NCBI GenBank assembly: GCA_963668625.2
Contig: CAXXKA010000001.1
Span: forward strand, 64,001-128,000
DNA length: 64,000 nt
Reading direction: 5' to 3'
DNA from: an uncultured candidate division Zixibacteria bacterium
GTDB taxonomy: Bacteria > Zixibacteria > MSB-5A5 > UBA10806 > 4484-95
Translations under genes and position numbers: made by a program
The notes under the pieces: generated by a model
What the model saw: the letters and a program-made list of their open reading frames with translations, nothing else
Databases searched by the model: none
Told to the model about the DNA's origin: nothing
In this document: one piece after another, positions 10,327 to 19,455 of the stretch
Layout: every line of letters starts with the position of its first letter
How positions within the stretch are numbered: the stretch's first letter is position 1

Positions 10327-10721
10327 TATTTACTACCTTTCTCCGAGGCATTGATCTCATCCAGACGTTTATTAATATCATCCAGCATAGCCTTTAAGCT
10401 TTCAGCCTCTGTCAACAAGTACTCTCGTTCATTTCTCGAAACTTCCTCAAAGGCGCCCGGTTGGTCATATCCGTAATCGGCGGATATGCTAGCTCTTCTG
10501 CCCATTCCCGGAGAACCTGGCGCGAAAAATCTGTTTCTTCTACCTCTACCGAATCCGCCTCCGCTAAATCCTCGATTGCCAAAACCGAACCCGGCTCCTC
10601 CACCAAATCCACGCCTTACCGGATTGGCAAATCCCGGTACCCGATTCCCGGTGCAATAACCGGCGGCACGTCCCGTTCTGGGACCTGCTCCTAATGGTCC
10701 TGTTCTATCTCCACCTGGCAT
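10326..10721 (-). CDS. DUF5320 family protein
   Basis: Signature 'MPGGDRTGPLGAGPRTGRAAGYC', Gly/Arg-rich middle, C-terminal coiled coil; GGAGG RBS. Confidence 0.85.
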   Translation of the reverse strand: MPGGDRTGPLGAGPRTGRAAGYCTGNRVPGFANPVRRGFGGGAGFGFGNRGFSGGGFGRGRRNRFFAPGSPGMGRRASISADYGYDQPGAFEEVSRNEREYLLTEAESLKAMLDDINKRLDEINASEKGSK

Positions 10722-10754
10722 AGTATACCTCCAACTATTTTGTCATTATTTAAT

Positions 10755-11117
10755 TTATCTCCAATGTCCTCTTACATTGGCCTCAGGCAATTCCTCGAGC
10801 TTATTTTCCTTGATCAGTTTTATCGCCTCTTCGACAGTGCCCTCGCTCCAGCAGGCGACCTTAATTTTTGCCGCTTTGAGGCCAGCGAAAGCTTTTGGTC
10901 CCATATTACCCGAAATTACCCAATCGACTCGCCTGGCAGCTACGGTTTGGGCCGCCTGTACTCCTGCGCCCTGAGATGCCTGAGCGTTGTCATCATTTGA
11001 TACAGCCTCGAATGAGTCATCATCGGTGTTGTAAATGATGAAAAAGGCCGCGCGTCCGAACCTGGGATCAACTGGGCTTTGAAGGTCTTTGCCTCCAGCC
11101 GAAACAGCTATTTTCAT
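10755..11117 (-). CDS. NifB/NifX-family protein
   Basis: 'MKIAVSA...VDPRFGRAAFF', 'GAGVQAAQ', 'VISGNMGPKA'. Confidence 0.9.
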   Translation of the reverse strand: MKIAVSAGGKDLQSPVDPRFGRAAFFIIYNTDDDSFEAVSNDDNAQASQGAGVQAAQTVAARRVDWVISGNMGPKAFAGLKAAKIKVACWSEGTVEEAIKLIKENKLEELPEANVRGHWR

Positions 11118-11539
11118 GAATCCTCCTGATCTTGATACTTATTGATTTTATCCGAATCACACATTTCTCGGTTGCGTATCCCTTTCCGACATCTCGCCCG
11201 GCGACCACATCCCGGCAGGCTGAACCTCTCACTGGCCAGCTCACCGTCGAGATACGCGCGTATAACATCTTTTATCTCACCCGTAAGCCAGGGGAGTACA
11301 TTGATTCCCAGTCGCACCAGGGTTCTCCGTAATGGTCTCGATAAAGCGCCGCAGAGAATGGTATCTACTTTAAGCTCGGCAATATATTTAGCTTTCCGTG
11401 TGAAATGAGTCTGGGGCAGGCTTATCAGTTCATGTTCTGGCTCCGATTGACCGTCGATATCGAATACAGCAAGGCATGCGGCCGAATCTAAAACCGGCGA
11501 TACGCGCTTGTCCCATATCGGAATTGCAACCTTTTCCAT
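11114..11539 (-). CDS. NifB/NifX-family protein, first gene of the sigma54 operon
   Basis: 'KVAIPIWDKRVSPVLDSA', 'VDTILCGALS', 'FSLPGC'. The ORF-track start at 11566 falls inside the -24/-12 promoter, so ATG 11539 is used. Confidence 0.82.
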   Translation of the reverse strand: MEKVAIPIWDKRVSPVLDSAACLAVFDIDGQSEPEHELISLPQTHFTRKAKYIAELKVDTILCGALSRPLRRTLVRLGINVLPWLTGEIKDVIRAYLDGELASERFSLPGCGRRARCRKGIRNREMCDSDKINKYQDQEDS

Positions 11540-11554
11540 AATAACATAAGAGGA

Positions 11555-11570
11555 TGCATTATTCATGCCA
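11555..11570 (-). promoter_or_regulatory. sigma54 (-24/-12) promoter
   Basis: Minus strand TGGCATG-AATA-ATGCA, GG-N10-GC spacing, directly upstream of the NifX operon and downstream of a sigma54 activator gene. Confidence 0.8.
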
Positions 11571-11666
11571 TCCTGATGTATTTTTACATCTATTATATAT
11601 GATATTGATATATAAAAGGTTATGATTAATGCTTGGACATATTAATACGATAGGTAAATATGGATA

Positions 11667-11712
11667 TTGCAATATTGCAAATATGGATAGTTGTACGGTT
11701 GTAATAATGCAA
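11667..11712. promoter_or_regulatory. Candidate enhancer (UAS) pair TTGCA-N4-TGCAA
   Basis: Perfect palindrome TTGCAATATTGCAA (11667-11680) and degenerate copy TTGTAATAATGCAA (11699-11712), about 100-140 bp upstream of the sigma54 promoter. Confidence 0.6.
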
Positions 11713-11717
11713 TACTC

Positions 11718-13052
11718 TCAGGATGTCTGATCGAGGTTGTATTTTTTTATTTTGCGCCACAAAGTGGTTTTATGCATTCCTAGTTTCGAGGCTGTTATTT
11801 GGCGATTCCAGTTATTATTGCGGAGAGCGCTTAATATCATTTTCGATTCCAGTTCGGCCAGGTTCGATGATTCTATGGGCTTTTCATCCTCCGGAGGTTT
11901 TAAATGGGAGGGTAAATCGGTAACGTTGATGATCGATTCCTGACATAAAACGAAAGCGTGTTCTACAATATTCTTCAGTTCCCTGATATTACCAGGGTAA
12001 TCATGATTCATTAATATGTTTAAAACATCGGGGGATATGTCGGTTACCTGCTTATTCTTGAGTGAATTCAACTGGTTAATAAAGTAATTAACCAATAATG
12101 GCAAATCCTCCTTGCGTTCCCTGAGAGGGGGCAGGGTTAACTTTATTACATTAATCCTATAGTAAAGATCCTCGCGGAACTTGCCGGATTTTACCATTCG
12201 TTCGAGATTTTTATTAGTGGCCGCTATGATTCTGACATCCGTTTCATAAGAGCGGGTTGCTCCCAGTGGCTCATAAGTTTTTTCCTGAAGTACCCGTAGT
12301 AAGCGTACCTGAAGAGCGGTCGATATATCGTTTATCTCATCGAGGAATATCGTTCCCCCGTCAGCTAATGCGAACCGGCCGGGTTTGTCTTTGCGAGCAT
12401 CGGTAAACGCCCCTTCTTTATAGCCGAATAGCTCGGCCTCCAGAAGGTTATCGGGCAGGGCGCCGCAGTTGATGGTAACTATCGGTTTGTCGTTCCGGGT
12501 TGACAGGTCGTGTATGGCATGGGCTATCAGTTCTTTTCCGGTGCCGCTTTCACCTTCGATCAGTACGCTGCTATCGCTTTCGGCTACCGTGGGGAGGATA
12601 TCGAATATCTCGAGCATACGCGAGTTTTTGCTGATGATATCCTGGAACGAGTAGCGTTTTTCCAATTCGCGGCGAAGCTGTTCTATGGGGGTTAAATCCC
12701 TGAAAGTTTCGACTCCGCCGATAACTTTGCCATCCCTGTTTTTTAAAAGTGCGGTGGAGATACTTATCGGGATTCTCTCCTCATCGCTGCCGATTATATA
12801 AATTACTTTATTTATGATGGGCCGGCCTGTTTGCATTGTCTGTCTCAAGGCGCAGTCGGTCTCGCATATCGAGGCGCGGAATATCTCGCAGCATCGCTTG
12901 CCGATAGCCTCCTCACGGTCGATGCCAATGATATCCTCGGCGGCTTTGTTGAATGAGGTTATCCGCCAGTTCTCATCGACAGTGAATACACCGTCGGCGA
13001 TGCTATCGAGAATCGTATCGGTGGCGTCGATATATTGTGGATCATTATTCAT
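11718..13052 (-). CDS. sigma54-dependent activator (PAS + AAA+ + Fis HTH)
   Basis: PAS 'ILDSIADGVFTVD', GESGTGKE, GAFTDA, FLDEI, PGNIREL, C-terminal 'LGMHKTTLWRKIKKY'. Confidence 0.95.
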   Translation of the reverse strand: MNNDPQYIDATDTILDSIADGVFTVDENWRITSFNKAAEDIIGIDREEAIGKRCCEIFRASICETDCALRQTMQTGRPIINKVIYIIGSDEERIPISISTALLKNRDGKVIGGVETFRDLTPIEQLRRELEKRYSFQDIISKNSRMLEIFDILPTVAESDSSVLIEGESGTGKELIAHAIHDLSTRNDKPIVTINCGALPDNLLEAELFGYKEGAFTDARKDKPGRFALADGGTIFLDEINDISTALQVRLLRVLQEKTYEPLGATRSYETDVRIIAATNKNLERMVKSGKFREDLYYRINVIKLTLPPLRERKEDLPLLVNYFINQLNSLKNKQVTDISPDVLNILMNHDYPGNIRELKNIVEHAFVLCQESIINVTDLPSHLKPPEDEKPIESSNLAELESKMILSALRNNNWNRQITASKLGMHKTTLWRKIKKYNLDQTS

Positions 13053-13111
13053 ACGTATATAATATAGTGGTTTAGGTTCAATCTATAAAGGGGAAATTCA
13101 GGTTTTTATAT

Positions 13112-14035
13112 TTATTCCAAATCATACCCCGATGGCAAAATAAACAGCTCGCCATGATATTCTATTTTGCGAAGCTGTTTATTTTTCAGTAGTTTTTCTA
13201 TCTCTCCGGGTTTCGAGAAGTGATGTTCGATCATCACGGCCTGGTTATGTCTTAACGGGTGGCGGGATGATAACTGCTGAATCGCTTGTAGAACCGATAT
13301 GAAATTGGCCAATCCGAATTCCCCTTTTTCGGCGGAGGTCATGGTATCCGTACCTTTTAGAAGTTGCTGGGCATACAGTATTTTTTCCAGTGATGGCGGG
13401 TTAACCCATTTTTCGGCCGGGGGACGAGTCGGAATTGAAATATCGACTATATCCGGATTGATCGTATCGATTATACCTTTAAGCTTCCTTAAGTGTCTTT
13501 CATCATCATTGATATCCTCCACCAGCATTACCTCGAGACGAATCCGGCCCGGATAAATTTCTCTAAAAGCAATCAAGCCCTCAACGATATCATTAAATCG
13601 TACCTTTCCATGCGGTCGATTGATTGCCCGAAAAACTTGTTCATCGGCGGCATCCAGTGAGGGCATCACTATATCGGCGTATAGCAGGCTCTCACGTATT
13701 TCCTTATCATGAAGCAAAGAACCGTTCGTAATAACCGCCACGGGCACGGACCAATTGCTTTTGCACCGTTTTATTATCCAGCCGAGATCGCTGGAAAGCG
13801 TCGGTTCGCCATCGCCGACAATCGTAATATAATCGGGATTAGAATTGCTTATGGCGTTTTCGATCTCACTCAAAATAGATTCTTTTTGATAATAACTACG
13901 CGGCGTAATCCTTTTATGCCTGGTTTTGCCCAGCTGACAATAGACACAGGAATATGAACAGGTCTTCCGGGGAATTATATCGACGCCGAGTGAATTCCCC
14001 AGCCTTCTTGATGGTACCGGCCCGTAAACGTTCAT
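13112..14035 (-). CDS. Radical SAM protein (COG0731-like)
   Basis: 'YGPVPSRRLGNSLGVD', CxxxCxxC (CSYSCVYC), 'GDGEPTL', 'ITNGSLL', 'PSLDA'. Start is ATG 14035 or GTG 14044. Confidence 0.88.
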   Translation of the reverse strand: MNVYGPVPSRRLGNSLGVDIIPRKTCSYSCVYCQLGKTRHKRITPRSYYQKESILSEIENAISNSNPDYITIVGDGEPTLSSDLGWIIKRCKSNWSVPVAVITNGSLLHDKEIRESLLYADIVMPSLDAADEQVFRAINRPHGKVRFNDIVEGLIAFREIYPGRIRLEVMLVEDINDDERHLRKLKGIIDTINPDIVDISIPTRPPAEKWVNPPSLEKILYAQQLLKGTDTMTSAEKGEFGLANFISVLQAIQQLSSRHPLRHNQAVMIEHHFSKPGEIEKLLKNKQLRKIEYHGELFILPSGYDLE

Positions 14036-14052
14036 CTCAACCACCAGGCAAG

Positions 14053-16026
14053 TTAATTCCGGTGAGATTGATTAATCAACTGGACTTTATCCAACCGGGC
14101 TATCTCTTGTCTTAGTTTATCTCCCGAATTTAATTCCTGATGACAGGTGGCGCAGGTAGCCAGGTTTTCATTGCCTGTTCGGACAGCCTCTTTAGTATGG
14201 CAATCGATACAGGTTTTGTGCATGGCTTCTCTGAATGAATTCGCCGTTAGCAGGTTGATATCCTCATCTTGCTCTTTGTCCAAAAACATATCCTGTTGAT
14301 GGCATTCGAGACAATTTTTTGCGTTCGCCGCCGTTTTAGGGGTGTTTGCCTGATGACATTCCTTGCAGGAATTATTAGCCGGATGAAAACCATTCAGGTT
14401 CTCCTTATCGGCAATATAAGTTTGATGAGCCTCATGGTTGAATATGACAGTCGAGCTATTCATATTGCGGTGGCAGGTGAAGCAGGGGGTAGACTTATCA
14501 TTTGGCATTGAGACGTGATGGCATTTATTGCAGGAAATGGAGCCGCCGAGTCTTACCTGATGTTCCAGGTGCGCGAATTCGGTCGATAAGCCATTACGGT
14601 TGCCATCGATTTTTAGTACCTTGCGCTCGGCATCAATGCCTATCGATGGTTTGACCAATTTTGTATTATCGTTGTTTTTGAAATACGGAGGATACATCAG
14701 GACAAACGCCAGCGGTATGGTAATTATGACAATCAACGAAACGCGATGCAGGCTATCCATGAAAACCGTATTCCATATCTGGCGGAGAGTACCGAATGGT
14801 TGACGGAACATACCCGCGCGGCTTTGCACGGCCGGAGGGTTATCGCTGAAAATGGGCAGGTTTTCGGCAATGAAGAAAAACACTATACCGGCTGCGGCAA
14901 CCACACCGATGCTTAATGCCCACTCGGCAAGAGAGGGGAAATAGACAACGCCGGCATCACGGAAATAGCCGAATATACCGACATCCATCCTGTTTAACGC
15001 CAACCCCATAGCTCCCGATAATCCGGCGAATCCTACCATCACCGGCGATCGCCTCGATTTGGGAATCGATAGCAGTATTATAGGGATAACGGCGGTTATT
15101 GTTAGTTCGAAAATGTACAGCCAGCTTTCCCAACTACCGGCAAGCAAAGCATCCCAGCTACCATGCACGAACAGGTCGGCAATTTTCAGCATGAGGTATA
15201 CGGCCATGATCCCGGCGGCAATGGTGGCCAACTGGCGCACCATCGGGAATTGCACTCCTTCGGAATGGCTGGTCATTTTTTCGATACCGTTGGCTTTTCT
15301 CAATAGCGGGATATTTCTCATCTTGGCCCGGCCGAATATGGATTCGCGATCGTACCACCATGACCATAGTATTTTAGCGAACACCGCGAACATCAAACCA
15401 CCGCCCATGGCCGATATAATAAATAAAACCGGTATCCAGGGGGTAAACCATAGCTCGTGAAGTCTTAACGGCGTAACCAAAAATAACGAGCCTAACGAGG
15501 AGTGATGCAAGCTTGAAAGAGAAATGCCAACGATTACCACTCCGGTAGCAATATGGTGAAGGAAATGAGATATTTTCTCGGCCTTTAACTTATCCAAAAA
15601 CGTTGGCGCCAGTTCTATCGCGGTAACGGTGAAATATAAAAGCACACACCAGAAAACCTCGAACAGGAACGAATTGATATTCCACATGACGATAGGATGC
15701 CAGAATCGGTGGGGTAGACCGATATCGAAAAGCAACGCCAGGCATGAACATCCATAGCCCAAAAACGCGATCAGTATGGCTGGTTTCACGAACGGGCGGA
15801 ATTTTTCCAGTTTTAAAACATATACCAGGAAACCGACAGTGAAACCACTGGTGGATATTGCCACGCCGGCTATCATATTCAATACTTTCCATAATCCCCA
15901 GGGCGCCATATCAGAAAGATTGGTTGTTGCGCCTAATCCGAATACCAACCTGAATACTCCGGCCACGAGACCAAACAGGGCGAAAAACCAGAGTATATCT
16001 TTAATCGGTCGAGTTCTACTTGTCAT
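14053..16026 (-). CDS. NrfD/HybB (HmcC-like) integral membrane subunit fused to a C-terminal hexaheme cytochrome c
   Basis: 'GLGATTNLSD..PWGLW', 'DIGLPHRFWH', 'SFLFEVFWCV', 'SSLHHSSLGSL', 'YFPSLAEW'; then an extra TM helix and six CxxCH motifs (CNKCH, CFTCH, CKECH, CLECH, CIDCH, CATCH). Start at ATG 16026 after a GGGGAGG RBS. Confidence 0.88.
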   Translation of the reverse strand: MTSRTRPIKDILWFFALFGLVAGVFRLVFGLGATTNLSDMAPWGLWKVLNMIAGVAISTSGFTVGFLVYVLKLEKFRPFVKPAILIAFLGYGCSCLALLFDIGLPHRFWHPIVMWNINSFLFEVFWCVLLYFTVTAIELAPTFLDKLKAEKISHFLHHIATGVVIVGISLSSLHHSSLGSLFLVTPLRLHELWFTPWIPVLFIISAMGGGLMFAVFAKILWSWWYDRESIFGRAKMRNIPLLRKANGIEKMTSHSEGVQFPMVRQLATIAAGIMAVYLMLKIADLFVHGSWDALLAGSWESWLYIFELTITAVIPIILLSIPKSRRSPVMVGFAGLSGAMGLALNRMDVGIFGYFRDAGVVYFPSLAEWALSIGVVAAAGIVFFFIAENLPIFSDNPPAVQSRAGMFRQPFGTLRQIWNTVFMDSLHRVSLIVIITIPLAFVLMYPPYFKNNDNTKLVKPSIGIDAERKVLKIDGNRNGLSTEFAHLEHQVRLGGSISCNKCHHVSMPNDKSTPCFTCHRNMNSSTVIFNHEAHQTYIADKENLNGFHPANNSCKECHQANTPKTAANAKNCLECHQQDMFLDKEQDEDINLLTANSFREAMHKTCIDCHTKEAVRTGNENLATCATCHQELNSGDKLRQEIARLDKVQLINQSHRN

Positions 16027-16810
16027 TGCCGGCCTCCCCGGTTGAATCTTGATTCGATATCGTGGCATTGTTTTCGTCGGCGAGTTTCATTCGTCTTTTT
16101 ATTATCCAGTTGATACTGACCAAACTGGCGGCTACTCCGAGTCCGATAAATGGCGTTTTGTGAATGAGCGGCTCGGTTAGTGTGGGGATAGCCTCCGGTT
16201 CGAACTCCGGCCAACCGATATCGGCCAGACTGACATCGGAAATATAAATTACCGAGGTACCGCCGAATTCCTTCTCGCCCCAAATATGATCGATATATTT
16301 ACCTGGGTCATTTTTGATGCGCTCTTTCGCGATGTTTATCAGATGCTCCCGTTCTCCGAATTCCAGCACACCCTGCGGGCAAGCCTCTACACAGGCGGGA
16401 AGCTGATTGTTCGTTAGCCGATCGTAACACATATCGCATTTGACCATAAGCGGTGCGATTTTATCCCACTGGTATCTGGGTATATGAAATGGGCAGGCCA
16501 ACATGCAATATCGGCAACCTATGCATTTCTCAGGATCGTACACTACCGGCCCCTCGGCGGATTTCGTTATACCGCCAACCAGGCACGCCGAGACACAACT
16601 CGGCTCCAGGCAGTGCATACAGCTTTTGCGCGCGAAACTTCCATCCGAAACTTTCAATACCGTAGATAGTCGGTTCGCTGATAAGCCATCTTTTTTAGTC
16701 GCGCGGTCGAGTTCCGCCAGTCCCTGGTCGAGATGGTTTCTGTCGATACATGCCATTACGCACTTCTCGCACGCTGTACACTTCGTGACATCAACTAATA
16801 TGCTAAACAT
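16016..16810 (-). CDS. 4x[4Fe-4S] electron-transfer subunit (HybA/HmcB/FdnH-like) with C-terminal membrane anchor
   Basis: Four Cys groups (CTACEKCVMAC; CMHCLEPSCVSAC; CIGCRYCMLACPF; CDMC...ACVEACP), 'IWGEKEFGGTSV', TM helix followed by KRR. Confidence 0.9.
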   Translation of the reverse strand: MFSILVDVTKCTACEKCVMACIDRNHLDQGLAELDRATKKDGLSANRLSTVLKVSDGSFARKSCMHCLEPSCVSACLVGGITKSAEGPVVYDPEKCIGCRYCMLACPFHIPRYQWDKIAPLMVKCDMCYDRLTNNQLPACVEACPQGVLEFGEREHLINIAKERIKNDPGKYIDHIWGEKEFGGTSVIYISDVSLADIGWPEFEPEAIPTLTEPLIHKTPFIGLGVAASLVSINWIIKRRMKLADENNATISNQDSTGEAGNDK

Positions 16811-17508
16811 TATACCTTGGCCTCCTTGCCGTAAAGGGTCTCGGCTACCTTGTCACCGGCGCCGGGACGAAGTTGCCAGTGTACCGCAGAAATTCTATCG
16901 AAAGCGAATAGCACTATATGGGCCAGCTTGGTGAAAGGAATTATAACGAACAACAACTCGGCGCTAAGCAGGTGTATCAACATCACGACATCCCAGGGAA
17001 AGGGATTTAGAGCCGGGTGCATCGCTAAAAAGCCGGTGGCAAACGGCATGAATATCAATATTAACAGGGCATAATCCATAGGCATACTCATGGCCCTGTG
17101 ACGTCTCGAAAATAACCTGAAGCCGAGTAATACGAAAATACAAGCAATCGTAAACAGGGTGAGATAATCAGCCAGTAAATAGCCGATTGACGGTAGGTTG
17201 ATACCCAGGAATCCCTCCCATAGCACTATGTGATCGGCTAAAAAAACCGGTACTATTATAATACCTATATGAAATAGATATGAAACTATCGAGAAAAACT
17301 TCGTTCCTGGTATCAAGTGACGAACCGGTACTACCCAGCTTAACGCTTCCGTACCGATTTTGCGCCATGGCGCGTTCATCAAGCGCCGGCCTTTGCCGGT
17401 GACCAGTGAATAAATCTGTATGATCGCCAGCCTGGCCAGCCCGAATATCATTATCAGAAATGTTATTGCGAAAAGGGGCCCTTTCGCAAACTCAATCCAT
17501 TGCTCCAT
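16810..17508 (-). CDS. NarI/HmcE-like di-heme b membrane subunit
   Basis: About five TM helices and four His (YLFHIG, LADHI, LIHLLS, TKLAHI); 'FAKGPLF'. Start at ATG 17508 after GAGG. Confidence 0.85.
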   Translation of the reverse strand: MEQWIEFAKGPLFAITFLIMIFGLARLAIIQIYSLVTGKGRRLMNAPWRKIGTEALSWVVPVRHLIPGTKFFSIVSYLFHIGIIIVPVFLADHIVLWEGFLGINLPSIGYLLADYLTLFTIACIFVLLGFRLFSRRHRAMSMPMDYALLILIFMPFATGFLAMHPALNPFPWDVVMLIHLLSAELLFVIIPFTKLAHIVLFAFDRISAVHWQLRPGAGDKVAETLYGKEAKV

Positions 17509-17538
17509 CCTTACCTCAATCAATTCCAATTATCGATT

Positions 17539-18978
17539 TTACATTTCAAACATTGCGGCTTCTTCTTTGCGCTCCTTGGGGTTTTTGCCTCCCGGTATAT
17601 GAATTGCCTTGAGTATGAGATCGTGCAATCCCATAATCTTGCAGGGTATATCATAATGTTCCACGAGCTCTTTTAGCTGTTTCTTGCAGTTGGCGCAGGG
17701 AGCGATACATATATCCGCGCCGGTTTGTATGAGCTGCTCGGCTTTGACCCTGCCGCCGATGTTCATTCTGAAATCATGAATCTCATCTACGGAAACCAAA
17801 CCGCCGCCGCCGCCACAACAGAAATTATTCTGGCCGTAGGGAACCATATCGACGAAATCCTTAACGAATGTTTTTAGTATCTCGCGGGGTTGTTCCACTA
17901 TCCAGCCGGAACGAGCGATATTGCAGGGATCATGATATGTTACTTTTTCCGTGATTATATCGGGGTCGAGCCGTATCTTTCCCCTCTTGATACAGTCGAG
18001 CGTATATTCCATGAAATTGTAAACGGGATAAGTTTCTTTACCCGCGAAAACCGGTACGAAATCGTGGGCCGAACGTGAGGCGTGTCCACATTCGCCGATC
18101 AGCAAATTGCGGCCATTCAAACGGGTAACCTCGCCGACAAGCTGTTTTATGATATTTTCCAGATGCCAATCGCTATAGAAAAGCCCATAGTTGATACCAT
18201 CGTAGTTGCCGGTACCGATCGTCCATCTATCCCAATCACCTGCGGCGTAAAGCACCGCGGCGTTACCCATCAGGGTTTCTGGTTCCATCAGGTAGTCGCT
18301 AACCGCGCAGAAGAAGACATAGTCGCGGTTAGGCTGATCAACCGGGAATTCGACCTTCACGCCGGTTAAATCCTCCAGTTCCTCCGACAAAAACTCCAGC
18401 GTATTCAATAACGCGACTTTCGGTACCTTGGAGGTGTTGTGCGTCTCGCCCTCGAGTTGCTCCCTGACACTGACTCGCAGCGCCTTGGGTACTATTCCGA
18501 TGAGACTGAGTACGTATCTTCCCAGGCGGGTCATCAAACCATGATCGACACCCATAGGACACTCGCGTGTACATCTGCGGCAAGCCGTGCAGCGATAGAG
18601 CACCTCCTGCATATCATCGATCACCTCGTCGGTCAGCTCGAAATTATCGGTAACCCTGCCGTTAAGCCAGCCGCCTATAGTGAAATAGCGACGGTAAATT
18701 TTCAAAAGAAGATTTGTTCTGTAACACGGAATATCACGAGGATCGCCGGTTGCCAGGAACACGGGACAGGTTACGGCACAGCGGTTGCATTTCGCGCTCG
18801 AGGTACAATAGGAATCAAGTAAAGGTTTATAGTCACTATATTTTAGAACTGCCGCGAAAGCTTCGAGAAAACGATTAACCCTGTGCTCGGTATCGTAATC
18901 CTCAACATAAAAAAATGATGAATTAACTATTTCTGCGGTATCGGTTTCTTGTGATGTTTTTAATGTATCTCCATCCAT
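17539..18978 (-). CDS. HmcF/DsrK/HdrD-like Fe-S oxidoreductase (CCG domains)
   Basis: CNRCAVTC and CTACRRCTRECP ferredoxin motifs, 'IGECGHA', 'TYHDPCNIAR', 'FCCGGGGG', 'PCANCKKQL'. Confidence 0.9.
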   Translation of the reverse strand: MDGDTLKTSQETDTAEIVNSSFFYVEDYDTEHRVNRFLEAFAAVLKYSDYKPLLDSYCTSSAKCNRCAVTCPVFLATGDPRDIPCYRTNLLLKIYRRYFTIGGWLNGRVTDNFELTDEVIDDMQEVLYRCTACRRCTRECPMGVDHGLMTRLGRYVLSLIGIVPKALRVSVREQLEGETHNTSKVPKVALLNTLEFLSEELEDLTGVKVEFPVDQPNRDYVFFCAVSDYLMEPETLMGNAAVLYAAGDWDRWTIGTGNYDGINYGLFYSDWHLENIIKQLVGEVTRLNGRNLLIGECGHASRSAHDFVPVFAGKETYPVYNFMEYTLDCIKRGKIRLDPDIITEKVTYHDPCNIARSGWIVEQPREILKTFVKDFVDMVPYGQNNFCCGGGGGLVSVDEIHDFRMNIGGRVKAEQLIQTGADICIAPCANCKKQLKELVEHYDIPCKIMGLHDLILKAIHIPGGKNPKERKEEAAMFEM

Positions 18979-19018
18979 TCTTTCTATCCTTTATTTTTAT
19001 TTCTCAAAATCGACTTAA

Positions 19019-19034
19019 CGCAAAGTTCATACCA
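19019..19034 (-). promoter_or_regulatory. sigma54 promoter of the Hmc-like operon
   Basis: Minus strand TGGTATG-AACT-TTGCG, GG-N10-GC, about 40 nt upstream of the hmcF-like start. Confidence 0.78.
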
Positions 19035-19221
19035 ACTGATTTGATTCGGACCTGATCTAATAGTAACAGAGCATTCTTGGTTTTTGCTTTTAAGCAGTTA
19101 ATGCTAAGACTATAAAGGGCTAATCGAAAATATGCAGGTCGGTATTTTTATTTGTTTTTAGATAAGGCTTGAATCATTTGACAAATAATCTTATAATAAT
19201 ATTCACAAAACACGCCGGTAG

Positions 19222-19282
19222 ATGTCGCAGTCGTTGCAACGCACGTTTCATGATGCGACGTTACGCAACACTGTTGCGACAT
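19222..19282. promoter_or_regulatory. Candidate shared enhancer (clustered GTYGCA/TGCRAC half-sites)
   Basis: Outer inverted repeat ATGTCGCA...TGCGACAT, inner palindrome CGCAACA-C-TGTTGCG (19264-19278), plus GTCGCA-N5-TGCAAC and GTTTCA-N3-TGCGAC. This is a GC-richer island in an AT-rich spacer, about 200 bp from each divergent sigma54 promoter. Confidence 0.6.
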
Positions 19283-19455
19283 GTTTACTTGACAATTATT
19301 AAAATACTCAATATATAATTGAAACGGCTTGAAATTTATTTCAATAGAAGCCTCTTTTTTATCTTAAGTAATACTAATAGGTTACAAACAACCAGAGAAA
19401 TGAGATCACGATATATGTGTTATCCCTATTAATTCTGGTTAGTAAATGCCGGGAT

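Noticed and set aside
7905-11539. NifB/NifX-like genes as evidence of nitrogen fixation
   Set aside because: There is no nifH/D/K/E/N in the window, and this COG1433/COG1149 cluster is common in non-diazotrophic anaerobes.
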